64,000 bases of DNA from Macrostomum lignano (Eukaryota), in the NCBI GenBank assembly GCA_002269645.1, contig NIVC01001824.1, positions 48,073 through 112,072 of the forward strand, written 5' to 3'. Position 1 is the first letter of the stretch; each line of letters starts with the position of its first letter. This document shows, piece by piece, positions 1 through 12,184 of this stretch. Under the pieces are notes generated by a model, which saw only the letters and a program-made list of their open reading frames with translations, searched no databases and was not told the origin of the DNA. The position numbers and the translations under genes were made by a program.

Positions 1-135
1 ACCAATACATGTTTTCATATTTCAATGGGTTTTTATAATTTGAAATACTATTTAAAATGCATGCTCTAAAAATAAGTTAAATTCAGCTGATTTTAATAAT
101 TTTATTATCTGAATTTCAATCAAAGACACAACAGC

Positions 136-703
136 ATGGCAGCGGCAGTCGCTTCAGCCAATGGCGATCAGAAACTGTTGGAATTCGATCACATCTACCA
201 GGAGATTCGCGCATGATGTATCCTGGCAAACTGCGCCTCCGCCAGGCCGATATCTACTTTAAGAATGAGAAAACTGGCCGCATTGATCACTTCAGCTCCT
301 CGGATATTGAGCAGGTGCACTGGATTATACGGGCCAGGGGCTTCTGCCTCAAGTTCCTGCTCGGCGACCTCATCTACCGCTATGACGGATTTCGGGAGGC
401 CGATTTAGATAAGCTGAGCGCCTTTGCCAGGGCCAACTGGCAGGTTGAGGTGAGGCGTCTGTGTCTGTCTGACTGTCTGTCTGACTGTCTGTCTGTCTGA
501 CTGTCTGTCTGACTGACTGTCTGTCTGACTGTCTGTCTGTCTGACTGTCTGCTGTCTGACTGTCTGTCTGTCTGACTGTCTGTCTGTCTGACTGTCTGTC
601 TGTCTGTCTGTCTTCTGTCTGTCTGTCTGTCTGTCTGTCTGACTGTCTGTCTGTTCTGTCTGTCTTTCTGTTCCTTCTGCCTGCTGTCTGTCTTTCTGTT
701 TTC

Positions 704-745
<42 letters not shown>

Positions 746-3700
746 ATTACTCTAGTCACTCTATCTGTGTCTATGCATCTATCTGTATACCGATAGGTAT
801 GATCTCAAATATAAGTAAGTTATAAACCCATTGATTTCCTTATTACTGCTAGCCATCCCACACACTCGTCACTCGCGCCTCTCCTGTGTCGCAGATCGAA
901 AAAAAGGACCTTGCCTACAAAGGCTGGAACTGGGGCCAGTTGAACTTTGTTAAAAACGCCATGGAGCTGGAGGTGTCGGGCCACACCGCATTCGAGCTGC
1001 CGCTGAACAACGTGGCCAACGTGAGCACCGGAAAGCAGGAGGTCACGCTGGAGTTCCATCAGAATGACGATGCTGAGGTTTGCGTTTGATTTCTGGTTTT
1101 TGACATTGTGGTTGTTTTTGGGATGCTGGTGTTTTTGGTACTCGAGTTTCCTAGTTGGGATCTGGGACTTTCTAATTTGGGATCAGTAGTTTCTAATTTG
1201 GGATCTGTGAATTTCTAATTTGGGATTTGAGTTTCTTATTTGGGATCCGTGAGTTTCCTAGTTGGGATGCGTGAGTTTCCAAGTTGGGATCTGTGAGTTT
1301 CCAAGTTGGGATCTGTGAGTTTCCAAGTTGGGATCTGTGAGTTTCCAAGTTGGGATCTGTGAGTTTCCAAGTTGGGATCTGTGAGTTTCCAAGTTGGGAT
1401 CTGTGTGTTTCCAAGTTGGGATGCGTGAGTTTCCAAGTTTGGATCTGTGAGTTTCCAAGTTGGGATCTGTGAGTTTCCAAGCTGGGATCTGTGAGTTTCC
1501 AAGTTGGGATCTGTGAGTTTCCAAGCTGGGATCTGTGAGTTTCCAAGTTGGGATCTGTGAGTTTTCAAGCTGGGATCTGTGAGTTTCCAAGTTGGGATCT
1601 GTGAGTTTCCAAGTTGGGATCTGTGAGTTTCCAAGTTGGGATCTGTGAGTTTCCAAGTTGGGATCTGTGAGTTTCCAAGTTGGGATGCGTGAGTTTCCAA
1701 GTTGGGATCTGTGAGTTTCCAAAAAAATTGGGATCAGTGGGTTTCTAATTTGGGATCTGTGAGTTTCTAATTTGGGATCTGTGAGTTTCCAATTTGGGAT
1801 CTGTGAGTTTCTAATTTGGGATCTGTAGAGTTTCTAATTTGGGATCTGTGATTTTCTAATTTGGGATCTGAGTTTCTAATTTGGGATCCGTGAGTTTCCA
1901 AGCTGGGATCCGTGAGTTTCCAAATCGGATCTGTGAGTTTCCAAGTTGGGATCTGTGAGTTTCCAAGTTGGGATCTGTGAGTTTCCAAGCTGGGATCCGT
2001 GAGTTTCCAAGTTGTGATCTGTGAAATAGTTTGTGTTTTCAGGCACACGTTGTAGGATAGTTCCAATTTCTTCAGGGATAGAGATTGACCCCCAGCCAAC
2101 CCCTGTCCTCGCTTCCACAGGTGTGCCTAATGGAGATGCGCTTCCACATTGGCGAGTGCAGCGAACTGCAGTGCGAGGAGGTGGCCAAGCGAGTCATGGA
2201 CAAGGCGGACATCATCCAGCTCACCGGAGATGCGCTCTGCGAATTCAAGGAGCTCTACTGCGTGCAACCGCGCGGCCGTTACGACTTCCGCTTCTATCCA
2301 ACTTTCCTGCACATGCACGGCAAAACCTTTGATTATAAAATACCAATCAGCACCATCTATCGGATGTTTGTCCTGCCGCACGCTGACGGCCGGCAGAACT
2401 TCCTGGTGCTGGGCCTGGAGCCGCCCATCAAGCACGGCCAGACCCGCTATCATTTTCTCATACTGCTATTCGATGTTGAAATTGAGACGTCTGTGGAATT
2501 GCGCTGCTCCAAGGAGGAACTGCAGGCTAAATATGGTGGCAAACTGCAGAAGGAGATGTCTGGTAAAGAGTTTGAAGTGAGTAGCTTTTTGTCCAAGCAT
2601 GAGGGCCGGTGTACACCCTGTGTGAGCGTACAGTATTAGCGCGCTTGTATGTGCCTATTGCTCGACAATTATCAGAAATCAATAACTAATTATCAAAAAT
2701 CGATATCCAATTATTCAATATTTAATTATCATACTTCGGTAACCAATTTAAAATCGATATCTCATTATCATAAACCTATCCAATTATCAGTAATCGATAT
2801 TGAACTATCATAGATCGATATCTGGTTATCAGTAATCGATATTGAATTATCATATATCGATATCTGGTTATCAGTAATCGATATTGAATTATCATAGATC
2901 GATATCTGGTTATCAGTAATCGATATTGAATTATCATAGATCGATATCTGGTTATCAGTAATCGATATTGAATTATCATAGATCGATATCTGGTTATCAG
3001 TAATCGATATTGAATTATCATAGATCGATATCTGGTTATCAGTAATCGATATTGAATTATCATAGATCGATATCTGGTTATCAGTAATCGATATTTAATT
3101 ATCATAGATCGATATCTGGTTATCAGTAATCGATATTGAATTATCATAGATCGATATCTGGTTATCAGTAATCGATATTGAATTATAAAAATCGATATCT
3201 AATCCTCTGGAGTTGGTAGCTGATTATTTATAGTTTATTAATAGTTGATTATTTCAATTAGGCATTAAAAGTAATACCAAATTTAGTTAGTACTAATGAG
3301 TAGTCAATCATCAATAATTGCCGCAGGTAATCTCCCGCCTATGCCGCGTGCTAGTCAACCGTAAAATCACCGTGCCCGGCTATTTCCGATCAAAGTCCAA
3401 CAATCACTACATCAGCTGCGGCTACAAGGCCAACACCGGGTTCCTCTACCCGCTAGACAGGGGCTTCATCTTCGTGCCCAAGCCTCCGATGCATATCCGC
3501 TTTGAGGAGATCTCCTCTGTTCAGTTCAGCCGCGGCACCGCCTCAGTTCGCAGTTTCGACTTCGAAATCAACACCAAAGCCGGGGTGACTTACACGTTTA
3601 ATAGCGTTGAGAAAGACGAGTACAGCCATCTGTACAAGTTTGTGGAGGACAAGCAGCTGCCAGTGAAGAATATGGGCGAAGAGGACACCACTGGCAAGCT

Positions 3701-4339
3701 GGAGGCCTGGGAGAGCAGCGAGGCTGAGTCGGACGGTGACGACGTGTACATGAAGAGGGTCAAGGCTGAGGGCAAGGTGAGTCTTGTGGGGTGATATTCT
3801 TTGAGAGATTTCCCAGATGAGATTTCCCAGATGGAATTTCCCAGTTAAGATTTCCCAGATGAGATTTCCCAGACGAGATTTCCCAGATGAGATTTCTCAG
3901 ATAAGATTTCTCAGATGAGATTTCCCAAACGAGATTTCCCAGATGAGATTTCCCAGATGGAATTTCCCAGAAAAGATTTCCCAGACGAGATTTCCCAGAC
4001 GAGATTTCCCAGATGAGATTTCCCAGACGAGATTTCCCAGATGAGATTTTCCAGATGAGATTTCCCAGATGAGATTTCCCAGATGAGATTTCCCAGACGA
4101 GATTTCCCAGATGAGATTTCCCAGACGAGATTTCCCAGATGAGATTTCCCAGATGAGATTTCCCAGATGAGATTTCCTAGATGAGATTTCTCAGGTGAGA
4201 TTCAGGATGAGATTATCATTTGTCACGTGAGATTTAGGGTGAGATTTTCTAGGATGAGATATCTCAAGATAGCATCGGCAGTGTCTCATATCCCATCCGA
4301 TCCCCGCCCAGGAGCGCACAGCCGGCTCTGCCAACACCT

Positions 4340-4371
<32 letters not shown>

Positions 4372-5370
4372 GGCGGTGGCGGCGGCGGCGGCGGCGAATC
4401 AGATGACGACTCCGAGGACGAAGACTTTTTACCGCCAGAGGCTTCCGGCTCGGAAGTGGAAGAAGAATACGACACCGACGCCGATCCCTCGGAGTTCTCT
4501 TCCGACACCGACTACAGCGACGAGGAGGCGCGCAAGAAAAAGAAGCGTCGCCTAGCGAAGACAGTGCCGGAGGAGGGCTTCGGCGACTATACGGAGCAGA
4601 AGAAGAAGAAAGCCAAGCAAAAGGAGGCGGCCGCCAGCAAGACGAAGGTGTCGCGTAAGGATCGCAACGCACCGAAACGGCCCGCGTCGGCCTATTTCCT
4701 GTTCCTTGAAGACGAACGACCGAAGATCAAAGCCGATCAGCCGGATCTGCGAGTGACAGAAATCGGCCGCGTGGCCGGCGAGAGGTGGGCGAAATTGGAC
4801 GAGACTAAAAAGAAGGCCTACCAGGAGAAGGCGGAAGAGTTGAAAAGCAAATACCAGGCCGAGCTTGCCGAGTACCAGGCCAAGCTGGAGCGGGGCGAAG
4901 TGAAGCCCGACATTCAGGAGAAACGGAAGTCCGCCGGCGGTGGCGGAGGCGGCGGTGGAGGCGGCGGCGGAGGCGGCGGCGGCGGCGAGAAGTCCGGAGC
5001 GTCGGCGTCAGCGGCCGGCTCCGGCGCCAACTACAAATCTGCCGAATTCATCAACGACAGCGACGTGTCCTCCGTGTCCTCCTCTAGCGACGATGGCGAT
5101 GACGCCGAAGTCTCCAAAGATGAGGAGGAAGAGGACGAGAAGAAATCGACAAAACAGAAGAAGCAGACAAAAGAAGATGACGCCGCTAGCAGCAAAAAAA
5201 AGAAGACTTCTGATAAGAAATCGAAGCCGGAACAGAAAAAGAAGGACAAGAAAAAGAAGAAAGAATCGAGCAGTAGCGAAGAAGAGGAGGAGGAGGAGAG
5301 CGACCTGAGCAGCGATTCGAATAATAATCGCACTATGCGTTCTTTACTACTGATTGTAATATGCAATTGA
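136..5370 (+). CDS. SSRP1: FACT complex subunit SSRP1 (5 exons; apparent 1-nt deletion near 210-212)
   Basis: Exons 136-449, 895-1077, 2121-2576, 3327-3776 and 4312-5370, all GT-AG and phase 0. Translation gives LLEFDHIYQEIR/(frameshift)/MMYPGKLRL, KGWNWG, EVTLEFHQNDDAEVCLMEMRF, PRGRYDFRFYPTFLHMHGKTFDYKIP, LVNRKITVPG, an HMG box (DRNAPKRPASAYFLF) and an acidic/basic tail. This is colinear with animal SSRP1. Confidence 0.96.
455..745. repeat. (CTGT)n microsatellite in SSRP1 intron 1
   Basis: Degenerate CTGT run starting about 5 nt after the donor at 450. Confidence 0.95.
1150..2015. repeat. 22-bp minisatellite in SSRP1 intron 2
   Basis: Unit TTGGGATCTGTGAGTTTCCAAG, homogeneous in the centre and degenerate at the edges. 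Confidence 0.95.
2775..3200. repeat. 42-bp minisatellite in SSRP1 intron 3
   Basis: Unit ATCAGTAATCGATATTGAATTATCATAGATCGATATCTGGTT, about 10 copies. Confidence 0.95.
3805..4265. repeat. 14-bp minisatellite in SSRP1 intron 4
   Basis: Unit GAGATTTCCCAGAT/C filling most of the intron. Confidence 0.95.
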
Positions 5371-5439
5371 CTACTGATAAAATGTCGACGTTACGCTGTG
5401 CATCTCGGTGACTGAAATAATTTCTTACGTTCTAAATTC

Positions 5440-7290
5440 TTTATTCTATGGGTGAGATATTGGGAATGAGATATTCTAGTTATGAGACCTCAGGGATGAG
5501 ATATTCTATGGGTGAGATCCTAGGGATGAGATATTCTAGGGGTGAGATCCTAGGGATGAGATATTCTATAGGTGAGATCCTAGGGATGAGATATTCTAGG
5601 GGTGACATATTCTACGGAAGAGATATTCTAGGGGTGAGATATTCTAGGGGTGAGATATTCTAGGAGTGAGATATTCTATGGGTAAGATACTCTATGGTGA
5701 GATCTTAGAGGTGAGATCCTAGGGGTGAAATATTCTATGGGTGAGATCCTAGGGATGAGATATTATATGGATGAGATCCTAGGGAGGAGATATTCTAGGG
5801 GTGAAATATTCTACGGAAGAGATATTCTAGGGGTGGGATATTCTAGGGGTGAGATATTCTAGGAGTGAGATATTCTAGGGTCGAGATATTCTAGGGGTGA
5901 GATATTCTAGGGGTAAGATACTCTATGGTGAGATCTTAGAGATGAGATATTCTAGGGGTGAGATCCTAGGGGTGAAATATTCTATGGGTGAGATCCTAGG
6001 GATGAGATATTATATGGGTGAGATCCTAGGGCTGAGATATTATATGGGTGAGATCGTAAGGATGAGATATTCTAGGGGTGAGATATTCTACGAGAGATAT
6101 TCTAGGGGTAAGATACTCTATGGTGAGATCCTATAGATTAGATATTCTAGGGGTGAGATCCTAGGGATGAGATATTCTAGGGGTGATATATTCTACGAGA
6201 GATATTCTAGGGGTAAGATACTCTATGGTGAGATCCTATAGATTAGATATTCTAGGGGTGAGATCCTAGGGATGAGATATTCTAGGGGTGAGATATTCTA
6301 CGAGAGATATTCTAGGGGTAAGATACTCTATGGTGAGATCCTATAGATTAGATATTCTAGGGGTGAGATCCTAGGGATGAGATATTCTAGGGGTGAGATA
6401 TTCTACGAGAGATATTCTAGGGGTAAGATACTCTTTGGTGAGATCCTATAGATTAGATATTCTAGGGGTGAGATCTTAGGGATGAGATATTCTAGGGGTG
6501 AGATATTCTACGAGAGATATTCTAGGGGTAAGATACTCTATGGTGAGATCCTATAGATTAGATATTCTAGGGGTGAGATCCTAGGGATGAGATATTCTAG
6601 GGGTGAGATATTCTACGAGAGATATTCTAGGGGTAAGATACTCTATGGTGAGATCCTATAGATTAGATATTCTAGGGGTGAGATCCTAGGGATGAGATAT
6701 TCTAAGGGTGAGATATTCTACGAGAGATATTCTAGGGGTAAGATACTCTATGGTGAGATCCTATAGATTAGATATTCTAGGGGTGATATATTCTACGAGA
6801 GATATTCTAGGGGTAAGATACTCTATGGTGAGATCCTATAGATTAGATATTCTAGGGGTGAGATCCTAGGGATGAGATATTCTAGGGGTGAGATATTCTA
6901 CGAGAGATATTCTAGGGGTAAGATACTCTATGGTGAGATCCTATAGATTAGATATTCTAGGGGTGAGATCCTAGGGATGAGATATTCTAGGGGTGAGATA
7001 TTCTACGAGAGATATTCTAGGGGTAAGATACTCTATGGTGAGATTCTATAGATTAGATATTCTAGGGGTGAGATCCTAGGGATGAGATATTCTAGGGGTG
7101 AGATATTCTACGAGAGATATTCTAGGGGTAAGATACTCTATGGTGAGATCCTATAGATTAGATATTCTAGGGGTGAGATCCTATGGATGAGATATTCTAG
7201 GGGTGAGATATTCTACGAGAGATATTCTAGGGGTAAGATACTCTATGGTGAGATCCTATAGATTAGATATTCTAGGGGTGAGATCTTAAG
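5440..7290. repeat. Satellite with 14-16-bp monomers organised into a 105-bp higher-order repeat
   Basis: Monomer GAGATATTCTAGGGGT. The marker CGAGAGATAT recurs at 6091, 6196, 6301 ... 6721 and at 6901-7216 (105-bp period). Confidence 0.92.
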
Positions 7291-7799
7291 GATGTGAATA
7301 TGGGAATTTTAATGATGAAGTGTTTGCTATGCGATTGTAACTGTAGGATTTCAGAGACTTTCCTATGTCTCGTATTTAGGTTTTTGAGAGTTTCGCTGGG
7401 CTAGATCAATGTCTCAGTAGGCGGGCTTGGAGATGAGACTAAGAATAGTTAGACATTTTATGCTCCCAGACTCCTAAGGTATGATCAAACACATACTTGC
7501 ATTGTATTTTGTTATAATTTTCTTTCATTCTTATGCGCCTGTTACAATGGTTAATAAATAATAGTGGTGTAGTTTATCGTCTGGGAATTACCGTTGCCAC
7601 TGGTCTCTTTAAAATATCCACTTAAGCAAACAAATATACAAATAATCAAATTATGCTATTCTTTTTTCATCAATCGCTGTTCATTGCCGAATTACAATAT
7701 GTAGCATTTAAATTTGCATCGGCATTTTATCAAACTTTTGTTGCGACTGTTCAAAGATGGGCGCTTGGTTTTTGTTATTTCTCGATATATGTGGTCTTG

Positions 7800-8110
7800 C
7801 AGCCTGTCTGCCTGTCTGTCTGTCTGCCTGTCTGTCTGTCTGCCTATCTGTCTGTCTGTCTGCCTGTCTGTCTATCTGTCTGTCTGCCTGTCTGTCTGTC
7901 TGCCTATCTGTCTGTCTGTCTGCCTGTCTGTCTATCTGTCTGTCTGCCTGTCTGTCTGTCTGCCTATCTGTCTGTCTGTCTGCCTGTCTGTCTATCTGTC
8001 TGTCTGTCTGTCTGTCTGCCTGTCTGTCCGTCTGTCTTTCTCTGTCTGTCCTTCTGCCTGTCTGTCTGTCTGTCTGTCTGTCTTTCTGTATGTATGTCTG
8101 TCTGCCTGCC

Positions 8111-8143
<33 letters not shown>

Positions 8144-8145
8144 GA
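7800..8145. repeat. (CTGT/CTGC/CTAT)n microsatellite
   Basis: Tetranucleotide run. Confidence 0.93.
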
Positions 8146-8804
8146 CCATTTATCTGAAATTCATGCGTCCACCGACAATGAACTACTGCGGCCCTTCAAC
8201 TTGAATTAAAACAGCCGCCGATCTTGCACGCACAGGTCACCTTGGCGTTGCATAGAAAACTAACTTGAATCAATCTTTATAGAATTATCTACAGTATTTT
8301 ACATTTCGGAAATCGTAACAGTTAAGCGTATCCAGGATGCCCTTCATTTCGACCCTCGGTCGTTCTGCTTTTGGTTTCCAGTCCAGTGAACTTGACCGCG
8401 GCGTCACCGTACACGGGTCCGTATCCGATATTTGAACCAATGACAGGCGTGCTGTACGGATTATTTTTGTACGCCATTTTGGCAAGAAAAAATGTTGCTT
8501 TAAAATTGCGCTATTCTGTTCTTCGGTGCAAAAATAATCCCCCCCGATCGCAAAGAGTTGCAACTTCTTATTTTCAAGAGCGGTGAGTTCAGTTTTCTAT
8601 GGATCTGTAAAAGACTTGACTGATTGGGCCGGGCTGAGTCCACTTGATCTCGATGGTCTTGGAGAATGAGCTAAGTTCTACTCACCTTTCTTGTGCTTCA
8701 GTGATCATATACTCATTATTCGAGTGTGCCTTGGTGTATGAAGTCTTGTACTACTGTCTTGTTTTCGTTCTTAGTTAATGTCTGCTTATGTGCCTTAATG
8801 CCCG

Positions 8805-9345
<541 letters not shown>

Positions 9346-9680
9346 TCTCTCTCTCTCCGTCTGTTAAGCCCTATTATCTATTCGGTAATTCCTCTCCGCT
9401 AAATCCTTCTCTTTGATGTGCATTTCTGTCGCACCTTTAATTAGGATTTTAAGCTTGCTTTATTAATAATCCGAACACTAATTTTTTCTTTCCTTCGTAC
9501 GGTTCACTGCAAGCACCGCAGAACGTGAAAAAAGAGAATTTATGCATGCCGCAGCCTATTAAATGAAGACACAGAATCTTCCTGCAAAAATGTAGTCGGA
9601 GGCGTTACCACAGTGCTACTCGAAACCTCAAATAAAATGTAGGTATTAACTTAACATGAACATCCGCCAGGAGCATCATT

Positions 9681-11056
9681 ATGGCGACCACCCAATCAGT
9701 TCAATGCGCGCCTCGAAAAGTGCTGATTGGAGTTGACAGAAGTGAGCACAGCGAACGCGCGCTGAGATTTTATGCGCGACACCTGCGCAGGCCGATGGAC
9801 CGGCTGGTGTTCGTGAATATCAGCGAGCCGCCTGAGATGGCGATCGGACCTGCGACTCTGGAGGGGAACAAGGTGAGGCTGGAGAGATGAACGGACTCCC
9901 ACTCTGCATTAACTAATAATTATTATGGATTGCTAATCTAGTCAACATCAATAGACCTTAATGGATTTCTAATCTAGCCAACATCAATAAACTATACTGG
10001 ATTGCTAATCTAGCCAACATCAATAAACTATAATGGATTTCTAATCTAGTCAACATCGATAAACTATAATGGATTGCTGATCTAGCCAACATCGATAAAC
10101 TATACTGGATTGCTAATCTAGTCAACATCGATAAACTATACTGGATTGCTAATCTAGCCAACATCGATAAACTATAATGGATTGCTAATCTAGCCAACAT
10201 CGATAAACTATAATGGATTGCTAATCTAGCCAACATCGATAAACTATACTGGATTGCTAATCTAGCCAACATCGATAAACTATACTGGATTGCTAATCTA
10301 GTCAACATCGATAAACTATACTGGATTGCTAATCTAGCCAACATCGATAAACTATAATGGATTGCTAATCTAGCCAACATCGATAAACTATAATGGATTG
10401 CTAATCTAGCCAACATCGATAAACTATACTGGATTGCTAATCTAGCCAACATCATTAGACTATAATGGATTGCTAATCTAGTCAACATCGATAAACTATA
10501 ATGGATTGCTAATCTAATCAACATCGATAAACTATAATGGATTGCTAATCTAGTCAACATCGATAAACTATAATGGATTGCTAATCTAGTCAACATCGAT
10601 AAACTATAATGGATTGCTAATCTAGTCAACATCGATAAACTATAATGGATTGCTAATCCACAGGACTACTGCCGGTCCCTGGACTTCACTCTCTACGAGG
10701 CCAAACGCCTGGCAGACGACGTTCGTCAGCTCTGTCGAGACCTGGGCATTCTCGATGACGCACACGACTCTCACGACGTGGTCGGTGGGGTCCGTTTCCT
10801 GGAAAGGGTCGGACACGAGGGACCGGGCCAGGCCATAGTTGAGACGGCTCGTAGCGAGGCCGTCCAGTTGATCGTGCTGGGCGCCAGAGGACTCGGCGCA
10901 CTCAAGCGAGCCCTGCTGGGGTCAGTCAGCGACTTTGTGCTGCACCATGCGCACCTGCCTGTGGTGGTGGTGCCGCCTGCGGCTCCGCAGCCGGACATCC
11001 CGGCGACTGCCGGGTCAGCAGCTGCGGCTGCCAAGCTGGCGGAATATTCAAACTGA
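9681..11056 (+). CDS. Universal stress protein (UspA family), 2 exons, ~194 aa
   Basis: Exons 9681-9872 (AAG|gtgagg) and 10664-11056 (ccacag|GAC), phase 0. N-terminal KVLIGVDRSEHSERAL; C-terminal GARGLGALKRALLGSVSDFVLHHAHLPVVVVP contains the G-2x-G-9x-GS ATP-binding USP motif. Confidence 0.93.
9915..10657. repeat. 36-bp minisatellite filling the USP intron
   Basis: Unit GGATTGCTAATCTAGCCAACATCGATAAACTATAAT, about 20 copies, running up to the acceptor. Confidence 0.95.
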
Positions 11057-11104
11057 TTGGAGTCTGATTCAGCAGTGCATTTGGACACTGCGTTCGACGT
11101 GCGT

Positions 11105-11700
11105 TTCATGTGTTTGTTATGCGTTTGGTGTGTTTGATGTGATTTTCATGTGTTCGAAGTGATTTTCATGTGTTTGATGTGATTTTCATGTGTTTGATGT
11201 TATTCTCATGTGTTTGATGTTATTTTCATGTGTTTGATGTTATTTTCATGTGTTTGATGTTATTTTCATGTGTTTGATGTTATTTTCATGTGTTTGATGT
11301 GATTTTCATGTGTTTGGTGTTATTTTCATGTGTTTGATGTGATTTTCATGTGTTTGATGTGATTTTCATGTTTATGATGTGATTTTCATGTGTTTGATGT
11401 GATTTTCATGTTTATGATGTGATTTTCATGTGTTTGATGTGATTTTCATGTGTATGAAGTGATTTTTATGTGTTTGATGTGATTTTCATGTTTTTGATGT
11501 TATTTTCATGTGTTTGATGTGATTTTCATGTGTATGAAGTGATTTTCATGTGTTTGATATTATTTTCGTGTGTATGAAGTGATTTTCATGTGTATGAAGT
11601 GATTTTCATGTGTTTGATGTGATTTTCATGTGATTGATGTTTTTCGTGTCTGATGTGATTTTCATGTGATTGATGTTTTTTTGTGATTGATGTGATTCTA
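11105..11700. repeat. 20-bp minisatellite downstream of USP
   Basis: Unit GTGATTTTCATGTGTTTGAT. Confidence 0.93.
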
Positions 11701-12184
11701 AGAAGTTTTTTAAAGCGTTTAAAGCTTTACTTAAAGTATTTTAACGGGCTTTTAATATTTCTTCATGTATTTTTAATGTATCTGCCCCCGTTAGTTAGCC
11801 TCAGCCGTTACAAGGACCAGAGTCTTCGCTTGAAAATCCAATTTTCTCATACCTTAAGCCATGTCCAATAGAAGGCTTGGCAATCTGCACTGTTAGTCAG
11901 CTGTTGCCTCTGTCTATATTAACTCGTATTTTTGTTATCACTCTTCTTGATTCTAAAAATAGCTCTCGCAGTTTCCAGCTGTTGACAGAACCAGTCAGGC
12001 AGTCAGTCCAATGATTGATGGCTTCTCTGTTGCTTGCAATCGTTTTCACTTTTAGTGAACTGACTAACAGCTGCAAGAGAGTCGATTTTAATGTTACGAG
12101 CTACTTTAATACTGTTTTTAGTAGAGTGTATCACATTTTAACATATTTATCTATCCAATTTTTTTCTGAATGAAGCAACCTAAC

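Noticed and set aside
8150-8790. Possible minus-strand exons (donor AAG|gtgagt near 8688)
   Set aside because: I could not assemble a consistent open frame with neighbouring acceptors.
9681-11056. USP as bacterial contamination or recent HGT
   Set aside because: It has a canonical spliceosomal intron and sits among animal genes; animal USPs are known.
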